A stretch of DNA of 64,000 nt from an uncultured Spirochaetota bacterium (GCA_963827275.1 CAWHAA010000004.1:288001-352000); one strand, 5' to 3'. Positions 20,642 to 30,858 are shown, numbered from the stretch's first letter. Numbers and translations are program-made. The notes: generated by a model from the sequence alone, not told the origin.

Positions 20642-20715
20642 GCTCCCGTAGCTCAGGCGGATAGAGCAGCGGTTTCCTAAACCGTGTGCCGGAGGTTCGA
20701 GTCCTCCCGGGAGCG
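20642..20715 (+). tRNA. tRNA-Arg(CCT)
   Basis: Cloverleaf GCTCCCG/CGGGAGC; anticodon loop TTCCTAA; GTTCGAGTC T-loop; CCA not encoded. Confidence 0.95.
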
Positions 20716-20726
20716 CAGATAATACA

Positions 20727-20751
20727 AGCGGTGGCAACCGCTCTTTTTTTT
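20727..20751 (+). terminator. Terminator after tRNA-Arg
   Basis: AGCGGT-ggca-ACCGCT followed by a T-run. Confidence 0.7.
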
Positions 20752-20752
20752 C

Positions 20753-21835
20753 ATGCGAGGATTATGGATAGACAAGCTGAATAAAATAACAGAACGGTTC
20801 CGCGACCTGGAGCTTGAAATGAGCAAGCCCGAGGTCATCACGGACCAGAACCGGTTCAAGGGGCTCACCCGCGAGCGCTCCCAGCTGGCGCCGATCGTCA
20901 ACGCCTTTGACGATCTGAAGAAATCCAAGCGCCAGTTCGAGGACTCCTCTGCGCTTCTCAAGGATGAAAAAGACCCCGGCATGAAGGAGCTGCTCCAGAC
21001 GGACGTGGATGAGCTCGGGAAAAAAATCAGCGATCTGGAGGGCAGGCTCCTTATCATGCTGCTCCCCCGCGACCCCCATTCGGGAAAGGACGTTATCCTG
21101 GAGATCCGGGCCGGCACCGGCGGCGAGGAGGCGGCCCTGTTCGCGGCGGACCTCCTGCGCATGTACAGCCGCTACGCCGACATCAAGGGATGGAAGATTG
21201 AATACCTGAGCGTGAGCGACACCGGGCTGGGCGGATACAAGGAGGTCGTCATATCCGTCAGGAACCCCGAGGCGTATGACCGCCTGAAGTTCGAATCCGG
21301 CGGGCACCGCGTTCAGCGGATCCCCACCACCGAGGCCGGCGGCCGGATACACACCTCCGCCGTGACCGTCGCGGTGCTCCCCGAGGCGGAAGAGGACGAG
21401 ATCGACATCAACCCGGACGAGCTCCGCATCGACGTGTACCGGTCGTCCGGGCACGGCGGCCAGTCCGTGAACACGACCGATTCCGCGGTCCGGATCACCC
21501 ACCTTCCCACCGGCATGGTGGTCACCTGCCAGGATGAGAAGTCACAGCTCAAGAACAAGACCAAGGCGCTCCGCGTCCTGCGCGCGCGCCTCCTCGAAAA
21601 GGCCACCAGGGAGCGGATGGAGCGCGAGGCCGCCATCCGGAAATCGCTGGTCGGTTCGGGCGACCGGAGCGAGCGCATCCGGACCTACAACTTCCCGCAG
21701 TCGCGGCTGACGGACCACCGCATCGGGCTCACCCTCTATTCGCTCGAAAAGATCATGGAGGGGGACCTTGACCCGGTCATCGACGCACTCAAAAAACATG
21801 AAGTTGAAGAGGAATTGCACAAGATTGATATATAG
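20753..21835 (+). CDS. prfA: Peptide chain release factor 1
   Basis: PTT (PxT) motif, GGQ and EIRAGTGGEEA; true start probably ATG 20764 after GAGG with one extra G. Confidence 0.97.
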   Translation: MRGLWIDKLNKITERFRDLELEMSKPEVITDQNRFKGLTRERSQLAPIVNAFDDLKKSKRQFEDSSALLKDEKDPGMKELLQTDVDELGKKISDLEGRLLIMLLPRDPHSGKDVILEIRAGTGGEEAALFAADLLRMYSRYADIKGWKIEYLSVSDTGLGGYKEVVISVRNPEAYDRLKFESGGHRVQRIPTTEAGGRIHTSAVTVAVLPEAEEDEIDINPDELRIDVYRSSGHGGQSVNTTDSAVRITHLPTGMVVTCQDEKSQLKNKTKALRVLRARLLEKATRERMEREAAIRKSLVGSGDRSERIRTYNFPQSRLTDHRIGLTLYSLEKIMEGDLDPVIDALKKHEVEEELHKIDI

Positions 21836-21850
21836 CGGCGAGGTACCCCT

Positions 21851-22681
21851 GTGCGCGTTTCCCAGTTGCTGGCGGAAGTCGCGGCGCGGCTGAAGGCCGG
21901 CGGCGTCCCCGGGCCGGTCCTGGACGCCGAGCTGCTGGTGGCCCATGCGCTCGGCACCGAGCGGTACCGCCTCCGTATCGATGACGACCGGGAGCTCTCC
22001 CCGGCCGAGGAGCGCCTGGCCAACCGGCTGGCGAAGCGGCGGCTCGGCTTCGAGCCGGTGGCCTACATCCTGGGAAAGAAAGAATTCTACTCGCTCGACT
22101 TCATCGTGGGCAGGAGCGTCCTCATCCCCCGGCCGGAAACGGAGCTTTTGGTGGACATGGTTGTTTACCACGCGCGGCAGAACGCGCGCGTGGTCGATAT
22201 CGGCACCGGCTCCGGCGCCATCGCGGTGTCCGTAAAGCACACCCGCGCCGACCTGGAGGTGCACGCAACGGACATTTCGGCAAAAGCCCTGGCCGTCGCG
22301 CGGAAAAATGCATCGCGTCTGCTCGGTACGAACGCCATCAGGTTCCACCGGGGGGACCTGTTCGCCCCGCTCCCGGCGGTGTCTTTCCAGGTGATAGCGG
22401 CGAACCCCCCGTACGTGGACCGGCGCGCTGCGGACTCGCTGCAGAAGGACCTTTCGTACGAGCCGGAGGAGGCTCTTTTTGCAGGCAGGGGCGGCAGGGA
22501 GACAATCGAGCGGCTGGTGACAGACGCGCCGCAACACCTCGCGGAGGACGGCGTGCTGATAATCGAAATCGGCGCTGATATGGGCGATTTTGTGAAGCGG
22601 GCCGGCGCTGAGAGCGGCTTCGCGGTGTCAGTGCTGAAGGACTATTCCGGGTTGCCCCGGATAGCGGTGATGAAAAAATAG
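21851..22681 (+). CDS. prmC: Release factor glutamine methyltransferase
   Basis: LIPRPETE, DIGTGSG and NPPY motifs; follows prfA. Confidence 0.96.
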   Translation: MRVSQLLAEVAARLKAGGVPGPVLDAELLVAHALGTERYRLRIDDDRELSPAEERLANRLAKRRLGFEPVAYILGKKEFYSLDFIVGRSVLIPRPETELLVDMVVYHARQNARVVDIGTGSGAIAVSVKHTRADLEVHATDISAKALAVARKNASRLLGTNAIRFHRGDLFAPLPAVSFQVIAANPPYVDRRAADSLQKDLSYEPEEALFAGRGGRETIERLVTDAPQHLAEDGVLIIEIGADMGDFVKRAGAESGFAVSVLKDYSGLPRIAVMKK

Positions 22682-22696
22682 CTCCGGCGGGAAACC

Positions 22697-24052
22697 ATGG
22701 CTGCGACACCCATCATACGGAACCAGTTAAAGAAGATTACCACCTTCGTGTATATCCTGATACTGCTGTATCTGGCCAACATCATCTCCATCCTGAAGTT
22801 CAAGTGGGACGTCATCCCCATCATCGTGAATGTGTACCTGTTCGTGTTCTCGTTCTATCTCATCTTCAACTTTTCCCTGATCGAAATACCTCCTCTCAAG
22901 GAAGAATACCGCAGGCTCTATCCGCGGCTGGGAGGGGGAGTGATTCTTTTCTTCAAGACCAGGGTCTTCCCCTTCATGGTCATTTATGCCGCCACGGTCA
23001 TCTATACCCTCATTAATTACCTTGATAAGGGGAACTGGCCCTGGTACCCGATTCTGGAACTGCTGGACGGCAGGTTTACCAACACCGTGTTCTATTCTCT
23101 CATTCTCCTCCTTATCCTTAAATTCAACCGCCGTCCCAGGCTGACCCTTCTCATCTTTGTGGCAGGGGCCGCCTTCTATTTCCTGATCTACCAGCTGGTG
23201 TTTTACCTGTCGCTCAGCGGGGCGGCAATGTCATTGATTAAATTTTTCCAGATAATGATAGCGGTCATGCTGATGGTATATGAATTCCTCGCCGACAAGA
23301 TCGTCCTGGACAGGGCCATCATAAAAAAGGCCGTTATCGGGGGCGTGGTCATCGGCGTCCTCATGTATTCCACCTTCGTCGGATCGCACATGCTCCTGTT
23401 CCGCTTCAGCAGCTTCGCGTCGTACCCGCAGACCCGGTCCGGCCAGATACTCCTGCGCCTCGGCTATTCGTTTCCCCTTGAAAAGTTCAAGTCGCTGGTC
23501 ACGGAAACCTCGGACCCCTACCTGCTGTATGATTACATATATTACTCGCGGGCCTACAACCGGCCCTACAAGATCACCCCCGCCGAATGGGAGAACCTTG
23601 TCCTCTCGGGCTCGATGGAAGTTTCGAACATCATCGCGTTTTACCTGGAGGTCCTGGACGTGACCGTATCGTACAACCAGGTCATATCGTACGCGGAACG
23701 CCGCTCCATCGATTCCGGCGAGGCCCTGCTCAATTCGGTGTATTACACCAGGTACATGTCCCGCTATTGCGAGGAGAACATCGACGACTTGATCGAGCGG
23801 TACCGGGGCGGCAACAAGTATTACAAGATATGGATCATCCGGGTCATTGCCGAGTCGAAGAGCATCGCCCCGGTCCCCTTCCTCATCACCCTCCTGACCG
23901 ATATCGACCCGAAGCTTTCGCAGGAGGCCTACGCGTCCCTCGCCGGGATAACCGGCATTGACCCGGCGAAGGACCTCCGGGACAGGGTCAACAGCCCGGC
24001 GGTCATCACGAGGTTCAATGCGTTTTATCGGGACTCGCGCAATAAGGATTGA
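22697..24052 (+). CDS. Polytopic membrane protein with C-terminal HEAT-like region
   Basis: ~8 hydrophobic segments, then PFLITLLTDIDPKLSQEAYASL. Confidence 0.7.
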   Translation: MAATPIIRNQLKKITTFVYILILLYLANIISILKFKWDVIPIIVNVYLFVFSFYLIFNFSLIEIPPLKEEYRRLYPRLGGGVILFFKTRVFPFMVIYAATVIYTLINYLDKGNWPWYPILELLDGRFTNTVFYSLILLLILKFNRRPRLTLLIFVAGAAFYFLIYQLVFYLSLSGAAMSLIKFFQIMIAVMLMVYEFLADKIVLDRAIIKKAVIGGVVIGVLMYSTFVGSHMLLFRFSSFASYPQTRSGQILLRLGYSFPLEKFKSLVTETSDPYLLYDYIYYSRAYNRPYKITPAEWENLVLSGSMEVSNIIAFYLEVLDVTVSYNQVISYAERRSIDSGEALLNSVYYTRYMSRYCEENIDDLIERYRGGNKYYKIWIIRVIAESKSIAPVPFLITLLTDIDPKLSQEAYASLAGITGIDPAKDLRDRVNSPAVITRFNAFYRDSRNKD

Positions 24053-24671
24053 CCGGGCACCGGTCGCAGAGCGGCCGCCGGGCGTGGCAGACGGCCCTGC
24101 CGTGGCGGATCAGGAGCAGGTGGGCGAGCGTCCATTGCCGTTCCGGGATGCAGGAGGTGAGGGCGCGCTCAACGGCCAGGGGATTGTGCGAATCAACATA
24201 GGCAAGCCGGTTTGCGATCCGCATGACATGCGTGTCCACCGCAAGGGCCGGTACGCCGAAGCCCATCGAAAGGATGACGTTCGCCGATTTTCTGCCGATG
24301 CCCGGGAGCCGCTCGAGCTCCCCGCGCGACGCGGGGAGCCTGCCGCCGTGCTCTTCCACCACCGCCGCCGCCATCTCGATAATGTTTTTCGACTTGTTCC
24401 GGTAGAAGCCGGTGCTGCGGATGACCCGCCGCACGTCGGCGGGGCGGGCCCGCGCCAGGGACGGAAAATCGGGATAGGCGCGGAACAGCTCCCCGGTCAC
24501 GCCGTTGACCTGCCTGTCGGTGGTCTGGGCGGACAGGATGACCGCCACGGCAAGCTGGTAGCGGTTTGAATACATGAGATCGGGCTTGACGTCCGGGTAG
24601 TGCCGCTGCAGTGCGCGCATGATTTTTCGCGAGAGCTCTTTTGTCATGGTCATAGCGCCGGGCGCGGTCAC
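24015..24671 (-). CDS. nth: Endonuclease III
   Basis: LSAQTTD, LPGIGRKSAN, AVDTHV and CX6CX2CX5C. Confidence 0.96.
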   Translation of the reverse strand: MTAPGAMTMTKELSRKIMRALQRHYPDVKPDLMYSNRYQLAVAVILSAQTTDRQVNGVTGELFRAYPDFPSLARARPADVRRVIRSTGFYRNKSKNIIEMAAAVVEEHGGRLPASRGELERLPGIGRKSANVILSMGFGVPALAVDTHVMRIANRLAYVDSHNPLAVERALTSCIPERQWTLAHLLLIRHGRAVCHARRPLCDRCPVNPYCASPDKTH

Positions 24672-25294
24672 GTGACCGCGCTTCCGCCTCCGTCTCCCTG
24701 GCTGCTCAACGATTCAAGTATCTCCCTCGCTTTTTCCAGCGCCTTCGCCCGGTGGCTGATCCTGTTTTTTTCATCAAGGGGCAGCTCGGCCATGGTCTTC
24801 CCGATGTCCGGAAGCAAGAAGATCGGGTCGTAGCCGAAGCCGTGTGCCCCGCTCATCGATTCGGCAATGGCCCCCTCGCATGAGGCTTCGGCGTGCCAGC
24901 TCCTGCCGTCAGGGAAGACGATCGCGATGACGCACACGAAGCGGGCGCTGCGCCTGCCCGCCGGCACGCCCTTCATTTCGCCGAGGATTTTTTGGTTGCG
25001 GTCGGTGTCGCTGGCACCCGGGCCGCCATAGCGCGCCGAGAATATCCCCGGCCGGCCGTCAAGGGCGTCCACGACCAGGCCGGAGTCGTCGGCCATGGAT
25101 GGATAACCGGTGAATCGGGCTATCTCCCGCGCCTTTTTGAACGCGTTCTCCCTGAAGCTTGTGCCGTCTTCAACGACATCAGGGGCGCCGGGGAACTCGT
25201 CCAGCGGCGCCAGCTCAAGGGAAGCGACGGAAGCGAACTTGCCGCGGATTTCCGTTATTTTATTCCGGTTGTTCGTGGCTATGACCAGCTTCAT
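24668..25294 (-). CDS. rdgB: dITP/XTP pyrophosphatase (Ham1)
   Basis: ATNNRNK, ADDSGL, GFGYDPIF and KNRISHR motifs. Confidence 0.96.
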   Translation of the reverse strand: MKLVIATNNRNKITEIRGKFASVASLELAPLDEFPGAPDVVEDGTSFRENAFKKAREIARFTGYPSMADDSGLVVDALDGRPGIFSARYGGPGASDTDRNQKILGEMKGVPAGRRSARFVCVIAIVFPDGRSWHAEASCEGAIAESMSGAHGFGYDPIFLLPDIGKTMAELPLDEKNRISHRAKALEKAREILESLSSQGDGGGSAVT

Positions 25295-25405
25295 ATCGCG
25301 GTAACGGGGATGAAAAAATTTTTGTATTTGTTCATAAAAACAGATTGAAATACCCGCTTAATTTTATCAAATATAATTTAAGATCACCGCACCGCGCAGG
25401 GGCAC

Positions 25406-27451
25406 ATGAAACTCTCAATTATCGAATTTGTCTTCCTCCTCTTCTCGGACACGGCGGTGGCCGCGATCCTGTTTTACCTCTATTCCCAGTACCATATCAT
25501 TCACAGCAGGATGGTTTACATCCTGATAGGGGTCATATTCCTGCTTATTATCGTCCGCGCCATGCTGTTTTTCATCGGGAACTGGTTTATCTACCGCCGG
25601 CGCATCAATATCATCAAGGAAGTGGTGGGCGACTTCAAGAAGGGGAAGTTCACCCACTCGCTCCCGGCCGCCAGGATCGGCAATGATCTTGACGAGATAT
25701 TGAACGAGCTGATGATCGCGGGCAGGCACCTGGACAGCATCATGACGGCCCAGAAGAAGGAGATCGATAATTTCATCGAGCTGTACAACAGCATCATTTT
25801 TTCCATAAGCTCGTACTTCATCGTCCTGGGCGACGACGACCGGGTGCTGTTCGCCAACGACGGGTTCTACAAGAAGTTCCAGTTCCAGCGCGACGAGATA
25901 TACAACAAGAGGATCGAGGACATCTTCTATTTCGTCAACGCGCGCCTCAAGGGGGGGGTCGCACAGGTGCGGCTGACCGGCAGGACCGAGGTGCTTGAAA
26001 AAACACACCTCCTCACCCTGAACAAGGTTTCCGTCATCGCCGACATCAAGATATCGAACATCGTCGTGAAGGATGCCAGCCAGATTATCATCATCATCGA
26101 TGACATCACCAGGAAGATCAGGAATGATTACCAGATATCGCTGATGAGCCAGATATCGGAGTCGATCCAGAAGGACGACGAGATCGACCGCGTCCTGTTC
26201 ACGATCCTGACGGGGGTCACCTCCGGCTCCGGCCTCGGGTTCAACCGCGCGATGCTGTTCCTGGTGGAGGAGGGTGTCCTCACCGGGAAGATGGCGGTGG
26301 GCCCCGATTCCTTCGAGGAGGCCATCGAGATATGGACAGCGGCTTCCACGGTCACCCCGGACGGGTCGATCAAGGAGATAACCTCCGCCGAGATGAAGGC
26401 GGGCCTGAACCTCCTGAACCGCGTCCTCGCGGTGCGGTTGCCGCTCAGGGGCGACGACGTGTTCATCAGCGCCCTGACGGGCATGGAGAGCATCCTGGTC
26501 GGCGACTCGTGGAACGACCCGCGGGTCACGGCGGAGATACGCGAGCTCATGGACGTCAAGGAGTTCATCGTTACGCCCCTGGTGGCGGTGAACAGGGGGA
26601 TCGGGCTCATCGTTGCGGACAACAAGTTCAATAATGCGCCGATACTCAAGGACAGCATCGAGCTCCTGTCAATCTTCGCCTCGCAGGCGGCGATGTCCAT
26701 TGAGAGCTATTCAAACCTGGACACGGTGCGCAGCGAGATGCAGAAGCTGTCCGAGAGGCAGAACGCCATCGTCGAGTCCGAAAAGCTCGCGGCCGTCGGC
26801 CGGATCGCCGCCCACATGGCCCACGAGATACGGAACCCCCTGGTGACCATGGGGGGGTACGCGCGCCGGATCATGCAGCTTCCAAAAGAGAGGTCGAAGA
26901 TCAGCAAAAAGATCGACGCCTCCGCGGAGATCATCCTCAAGGAGTGCGAGCGCCTGGAGAAGACCCTCTCTAACGTCATGGATTTCTCACGGCCGGCAAA
27001 ATTCATCAAGGAGTTCAACAACATCAATGACGTGATCACCGACACCGTGGCGCTGCTGAAAAACCTCTTCCAGGAGAAGAAGGTCGCCGTGGAGCTGCAC
27101 CTCGGAAGCGACCTGCCCCTGGTGAAGTCCGATTTCAACCAGATGAAGCAGGTCATGCTGAACCTGCTCCAGAATGCGCTCGATGCCACGCCGCCGGGGG
27201 GCACCATCACCATCAGGTCCGGCAGCGACGGCGAAGTGATCAATATCAATATCAGCGACAGCGGCGGGGGGATCGACGAGGAAGACCCGAACGTGGTGTT
27301 CGAGCCGTTCTACACCACCAAGGTCACGGGCGTGGGCCTGGGGCTCGCCATCGTAAAAAAAATCATAAAGGACCACAACGGGATGATCAAGGCCGCAAAC
27401 CGTGAGGAGGGAGGGGCTGAATTCGTCATCAGGCTGCCGGTCCCGGGGTAG
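25406..27451 (+). CDS. Sensor histidine kinase (2 TM, PAS, GAF, HisKA, HATPase)
   Basis: AHEIRNPL H-box; NLLQNA, DSGGG and GVGLGL; GLGFNRAML GAF. Confidence 0.93.
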   Translation: MKLSIIEFVFLLFSDTAVAAILFYLYSQYHIIHSRMVYILIGVIFLLIIVRAMLFFIGNWFIYRRRINIIKEVVGDFKKGKFTHSLPAARIGNDLDEILNELMIAGRHLDSIMTAQKKEIDNFIELYNSIIFSISSYFIVLGDDDRVLFANDGFYKKFQFQRDEIYNKRIEDIFYFVNARLKGGVAQVRLTGRTEVLEKTHLLTLNKVSVIADIKISNIVVKDASQIIIIIDDITRKIRNDYQISLMSQISESIQKDDEIDRVLFTILTGVTSGSGLGFNRAMLFLVEEGVLTGKMAVGPDSFEEAIEIWTAASTVTPDGSIKEITSAEMKAGLNLLNRVLAVRLPLRGDDVFISALTGMESILVGDSWNDPRVTAEIRELMDVKEFIVTPLVAVNRGIGLIVADNKFNNAPILKDSIELLSIFASQAAMSIESYSNLDTVRSEMQKLSERQNAIVESEKLAAVGRIAAHMAHEIRNPLVTMGGYARRIMQLPKERSKISKKIDASAEIILKECERLEKTLSNVMDFSRPAKFIKEFNNINDVITDTVALLKNLFQEKKVAVELHLGSDLPLVKSDFNQMKQVMLNLLQNALDATPPGGTITIRSGSDGEVININISDSGGGIDEEDPNVVFEPFYTTKVTGVGLGLAIVKKIIKDHNGMIKAANREEGGAEFVIRLPVPG

Positions 27452-27534
27452 AAATATTACCCGGGATGGAACCCTGACCCCGAGATATAATAATTTCAAA
27501 CTTTGAACTCATAGTAGATATTCAAATTTATTTA

Positions 27535-27563
27535 TTGAAAAAAATGGCGTGTTATTCTATATT
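27535..27563 (+). promoter_or_regulatory. Putative sigma70 promoter of the response regulator
   Basis: TTGAAA-17 nt-TATATT in an AT-rich spacer. Confidence 0.55.
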
Positions 27564-27604
27564 ATAAGAGTTGCAGGATGTATTACGAAGGGTGGAGGGT
27601 TGCC

Positions 27605-27964
27605 ATGGCGCGGTTATTGATTGTTGAGGACGAAAAACACCAGAGAGAGCTCTATGTCATGGAATTCGAGGACGAGGGCTATGAAGTCGACCAGGCATCA
27701 AACGGGAAAGAGGCGGTGGACCTGGTGAAGGCGAACAAGTACGACCTGGTCATCATGGATATCCGCATGCCGGAAATGGACGGCATTGAAGCGCTGGGGA
27801 AGATACTCTCGCGCGACAAGAAGATCCCGATCATCATCTATACCGCGTATTCCAATTACAAGAGCAATTTCATGACCTGGACGGCGGACGCCTATGTAAC
27901 GAAATCATCAAACCTTGATGAGATAAAGGGCAAAGTCCGGGAAGTGCTGGCGGCGCGCGCCTGA
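27605..27964 (+). CDS. Single-domain response regulator
   Basis: IVEDE, MDIRMPEMDG, TAY and conserved Lys. Confidence 0.93.
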   Translation: MARLLIVEDEKHQRELYVMEFEDEGYEVDQASNGKEAVDLVKANKYDLVIMDIRMPEMDGIEALGKILSRDKKIPIIIYTAYSNYKSNFMTWTADAYVTKSSNLDEIKGKVREVLAARA

Positions 27965-28003
27965 ATCCCGCGAAACTCCTGCGACCCTGATCGTTTTTTG
28001 GGC

Positions 28004-28035
28004 AAAAAAAAAGGATGCTTGGAAGCATCCTTTTT
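28004..28035. terminator. Bidirectional terminator
   Basis: A-run-GGATGCTT-gg-AAGCATCC-T-run between convergent genes. Confidence 0.85.
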
Positions 28036-28055
28036 CCATTCACGTGTGAATTAAC

Positions 28056-28220
28056 TTACTTGGTTTCGGCCGGTTTGGCTTCTTCAGCAGCCGGAGCGGC
28101 TTCTTCAGTTTGTTCTACTGCAGGCTCTTCAGCAGGTTTGTCTTTCTTGCAAGCAACAAAGCCAGCGCTGAAAGCGAGGGCGAACATGGAAATGAAGATC
28201 ATAGTAAAAATTCTTTTCAT
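28056..28220 (-). CDS. Small acidic lipoprotein (54 aa)
   Basis: GGAG RBS; signal peptide with FVA-C lipobox; Glu/Ala/Pro tail. Confidence 0.8.
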   Translation of the reverse strand: MKRIFTMIFISMFALAFSAGFVACKKDKPAEEPAVEQTEEAAPAAEEAKPAETK

Positions 28221-28505
28221 ACTAAATACTCCTTCTATTTGTATTTTTAAATTTTTGTGCATCATTTGTATAATGCCATAAAAAAATCAATAAAAAAAAT
28301 AAAATGACGCCTTAAAAAAGATAAAATTTATTATGTCGTTAACATAATAAATTATGACATATAAGACAAAAAAAGGTTGGGACGTCAATATTTTTTATAA
28401 ATTTTTAATAATTTTTTCAAAATCTTTGAATAAATACGGCAATTCATACAGAGTTGCCTGAGGGTGCGCACGCTGCCTGTAACAGGCCGTGTGCGCGGCG
28501 GGAGC

Positions 28506-29540
28506 CTATATAAATCCCCCGATATGCTTGGAGATCTTTTCAATGTCGCGCCTGCTCAGTGTAGGATACAGCGGCACGGTGAACAATTTTTTCGATAAGC
28601 GCTCCGCATTCGGGAAGCCTGCGCCGCCCAGTTCAAGAAGGGCATGGAGCGGATATTCAATCGGCCTGATCACTTCGATCCGGCTTTTTCTCCAGTAGGC
28701 CTCGATTTTTTCGTTGGAAACGTTGAATAACACGGGAAACGACTGGTAGGCGAAGCGGTCGCCGAACTGGAACGGGGTCTTGTGAGAGGTTATCCTGACC
28801 GAATCGTGATAGATCCTGGCGATGTCCCTCCTGCGGCAGAGAAGATCGGGGAGCTTTGCCAGCTGTGACGAGCCCATTGCGCCCTGGAAGTCCGAGATGG
28901 CATAATCGTAATGCAGATGGTGTTCGCCGTTCCCGCGGAACTCCTTCATCACCGAATAGTGCTTTGAATTATTGGTCAGCAGCATGCCCCCGTTGCCGGT
29001 GGTGATAATGCCTGCGGGATCGAACGAAGCGACGGCAATGGCCGCATTCCTGCCCGCCGGCACCTCGTCTATTTCCGTCCCGATCGCGTGCGATATGTCC
29101 TCGATAACCGGCACCGCGATCTCCTCGAGCCCCTGGTACCGGGCATGAAATCCGAACAGGTGGCCGATCACGATGGCCTTTGTTTTTTCGGTTATTTTTC
29201 CCTTTATGTCCTCGAGGGAGGGAAAAAGCGAATCCTTCTCGTTGTCCACGAGGACGGCCTTCCCGCCCGTCATGGAGAGCGCGGAAAGCGGCGCCTGGGG
29301 AAAATAGGAGGGCATGATCACTTCGTCGTCGGCGCCGATTTCGAGCGCCTTGAACGCCAGGTGGTAGGCGGCGGTAAGCGAGCAGGTCGAGAGGGCGTAT
29401 TTGAGGCCGATCATCTTCGCGATGCCGTTCTCGAAATTCCGCACCGATTCGCCCGCCACCAGCTCATCATTGATGAGGCTGTCAAGGACCGCTTCAAGCT
29501 CTTTCCGGGTGATCGTGGGCCGGTTCGATACGATTTTCAT
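28506..29540 (-). CDS. DegT/DnrJ/EryC1/StrS-fold protein lacking the PLP-binding Lys
   Basis: DDEVIMPS, TKAIVIGHLFG and IEDISHAIG; SFDPAGIITTGNGG where the family has SF.xxKxxxxGEGG. Confidence 0.85.
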   Translation of the reverse strand: MKIVSNRPTITRKELEAVLDSLINDELVAGESVRNFENGIAKMIGLKYALSTCSLTAAYHLAFKALEIGADDEVIMPSYFPQAPLSALSMTGGKAVLVDNEKDSLFPSLEDIKGKITEKTKAIVIGHLFGFHARYQGLEEIAVPVIEDISHAIGTEIDEVPAGRNAAIAVASFDPAGIITTGNGGMLLTNNSKHYSVMKEFRGNGEHHLHYDYAISDFQGAMGSSQLAKLPDLLCRRRDIARIYHDSVRITSHKTPFQFGDRFAYQSFPVLFNVSNEKIEAYWRKSRIEVIRPIEYPLHALLELGGAGFPNAERLSKKLFTVPLYPTLSRRDIEKISKHIGGFI

Positions 29541-29799
29541 GCCCTTCCCCCTGGAATGTGTTTCGGGTAGTATGACTGCTGGATTATTCATGGCCTTTTC
29601 TATGTCACCACTATCTAAATTTATTCAAAATGGTCAAGAATGTTTTATGTCTCATTGATAAAATGATGAATTTTTAACGCCGCGGCTGGGCCGCGTGAAA
29701 ACGGGCTCCGCGCCGGATTTTTGTTGTTAAGCCAGGGTGTGTTATGTCCGATATTTTATAGAGAACCTTATATGGATTGCTGCAGGATGGAGGTATAGC

Positions 29800-30693
29800 A
29801 TGAAGTCAACAACCAGATGGACGGCCCCGGGCGCGGGCATGCTGGCATTATTATTTTTCGTGAGCTGCGCTGCTGAAAATTCCTTTGTAAAGACCCGCGA
29901 TTACCGCAAGGCGGAATACAGCGCCGCAGCGGATGAAGGCGGATATGACGAGGAGAGCAATGATTTCGGCGCTGCCGGAGACGGCACAAGAGCCGTCCCC
30001 GCGGATAAAAAGGCCCGCACCAGTGAAGTTTCAGACGACATGGGTGCCGGCGAGACTTCTTACAGGAAAGAGTCATTTTACCAGACGGGACTGGCGTCCT
30101 GGTACGGCCGCGAGTTCAACGGAAAGAAGACCGCGTCGGGCGAGAAGTTCGACATGAACGGGCTGACGGGAGCGCACAAGACACTCCCCTTTGGCACGGT
30201 ATTGAAGGTTAAAAATTTTGATAACGGAAAAATAGTCACCGTGCGCATCAATGATCGCGGTCCCTACAAGGGAAACAGGATAATCGACCTTTCCTACGGA
30301 GCGGCGAAAAAGATCGGCATGCTGCAGGAAGGCCAGGCCCAGGTGGGGATCAAGATCCTCAAAAAAGGTGGCGACAGCGGGGCATACGACGGCGACAATG
30401 AAAACACGGATGACGGCGATGTCGAAGCGGTAGCCGACGATTCAGACAGCGAAAATTCCCCGGGCAGCGGTTCCTACGCCATCCAGGCAGGGGCCTTTTA
30501 CTCGAAGCGGAACGCGGAGAATCTGAAAAGCAGGATCGAGGGAATGACGAATAATTCCGTGGTCATCAGGCAGGATGGTGACCTCTACAAGGTGCGCATC
30601 GAGGGCATTTCTTCGAAAAGGGAGATCGAGACGATGAAACAGGCGCTCTCGGAGGACAATATCCCTTCATACACGATACAGAAAGATGAATAA
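29800..30693 (+). CDS. rlpA: Septal lytic transglycosylase RlpA (DPBB plus SPOR)
   Basis: Lipobox FVS-C; GLASWYG, AHKTLPFGT, RINDRGP; IQAGAF SPOR domain. Confidence 0.93.
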   Translation: MKSTTRWTAPGAGMLALLFFVSCAAENSFVKTRDYRKAEYSAAADEGGYDEESNDFGAAGDGTRAVPADKKARTSEVSDDMGAGETSYRKESFYQTGLASWYGREFNGKKTASGEKFDMNGLTGAHKTLPFGTVLKVKNFDNGKIVTVRINDRGPYKGNRIIDLSYGAAKKIGMLQEGQAQVGIKILKKGGDSGAYDGDNENTDDGDVEAVADDSDSENSPGSGSYAIQAGAFYSKRNAENLKSRIEGMTNNSVVIRQDGDLYKVRIEGISSKREIETMKQALSEDNIPSYTIQKDE

Positions 30694-30695
30694 CG

Positions 30696-30729
30696 TGCGG
30701 GAACCGCCGGCCATCCGGCGGTTCCCGCA
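30696..30729. terminator. Perfect 15-bp GC hairpin after rlpA (no U-tract)
   Basis: TGCGGGAACCGCCGG-ccat-CCGGCGGTTCCCGCA. Confidence 0.55.
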
Positions 30730-30858
30730 TAGTAGTATATGCTGCCGATGGTAATCTGCCGCGGGCGCCGGGACCCTTTCAGGATTTCGCGCGCCTGCCC
30801 TGAATTTTCTTGAAGAATCCGTAAAAAATCCTTGAAATTAGAAAATATCAAAATTTTA

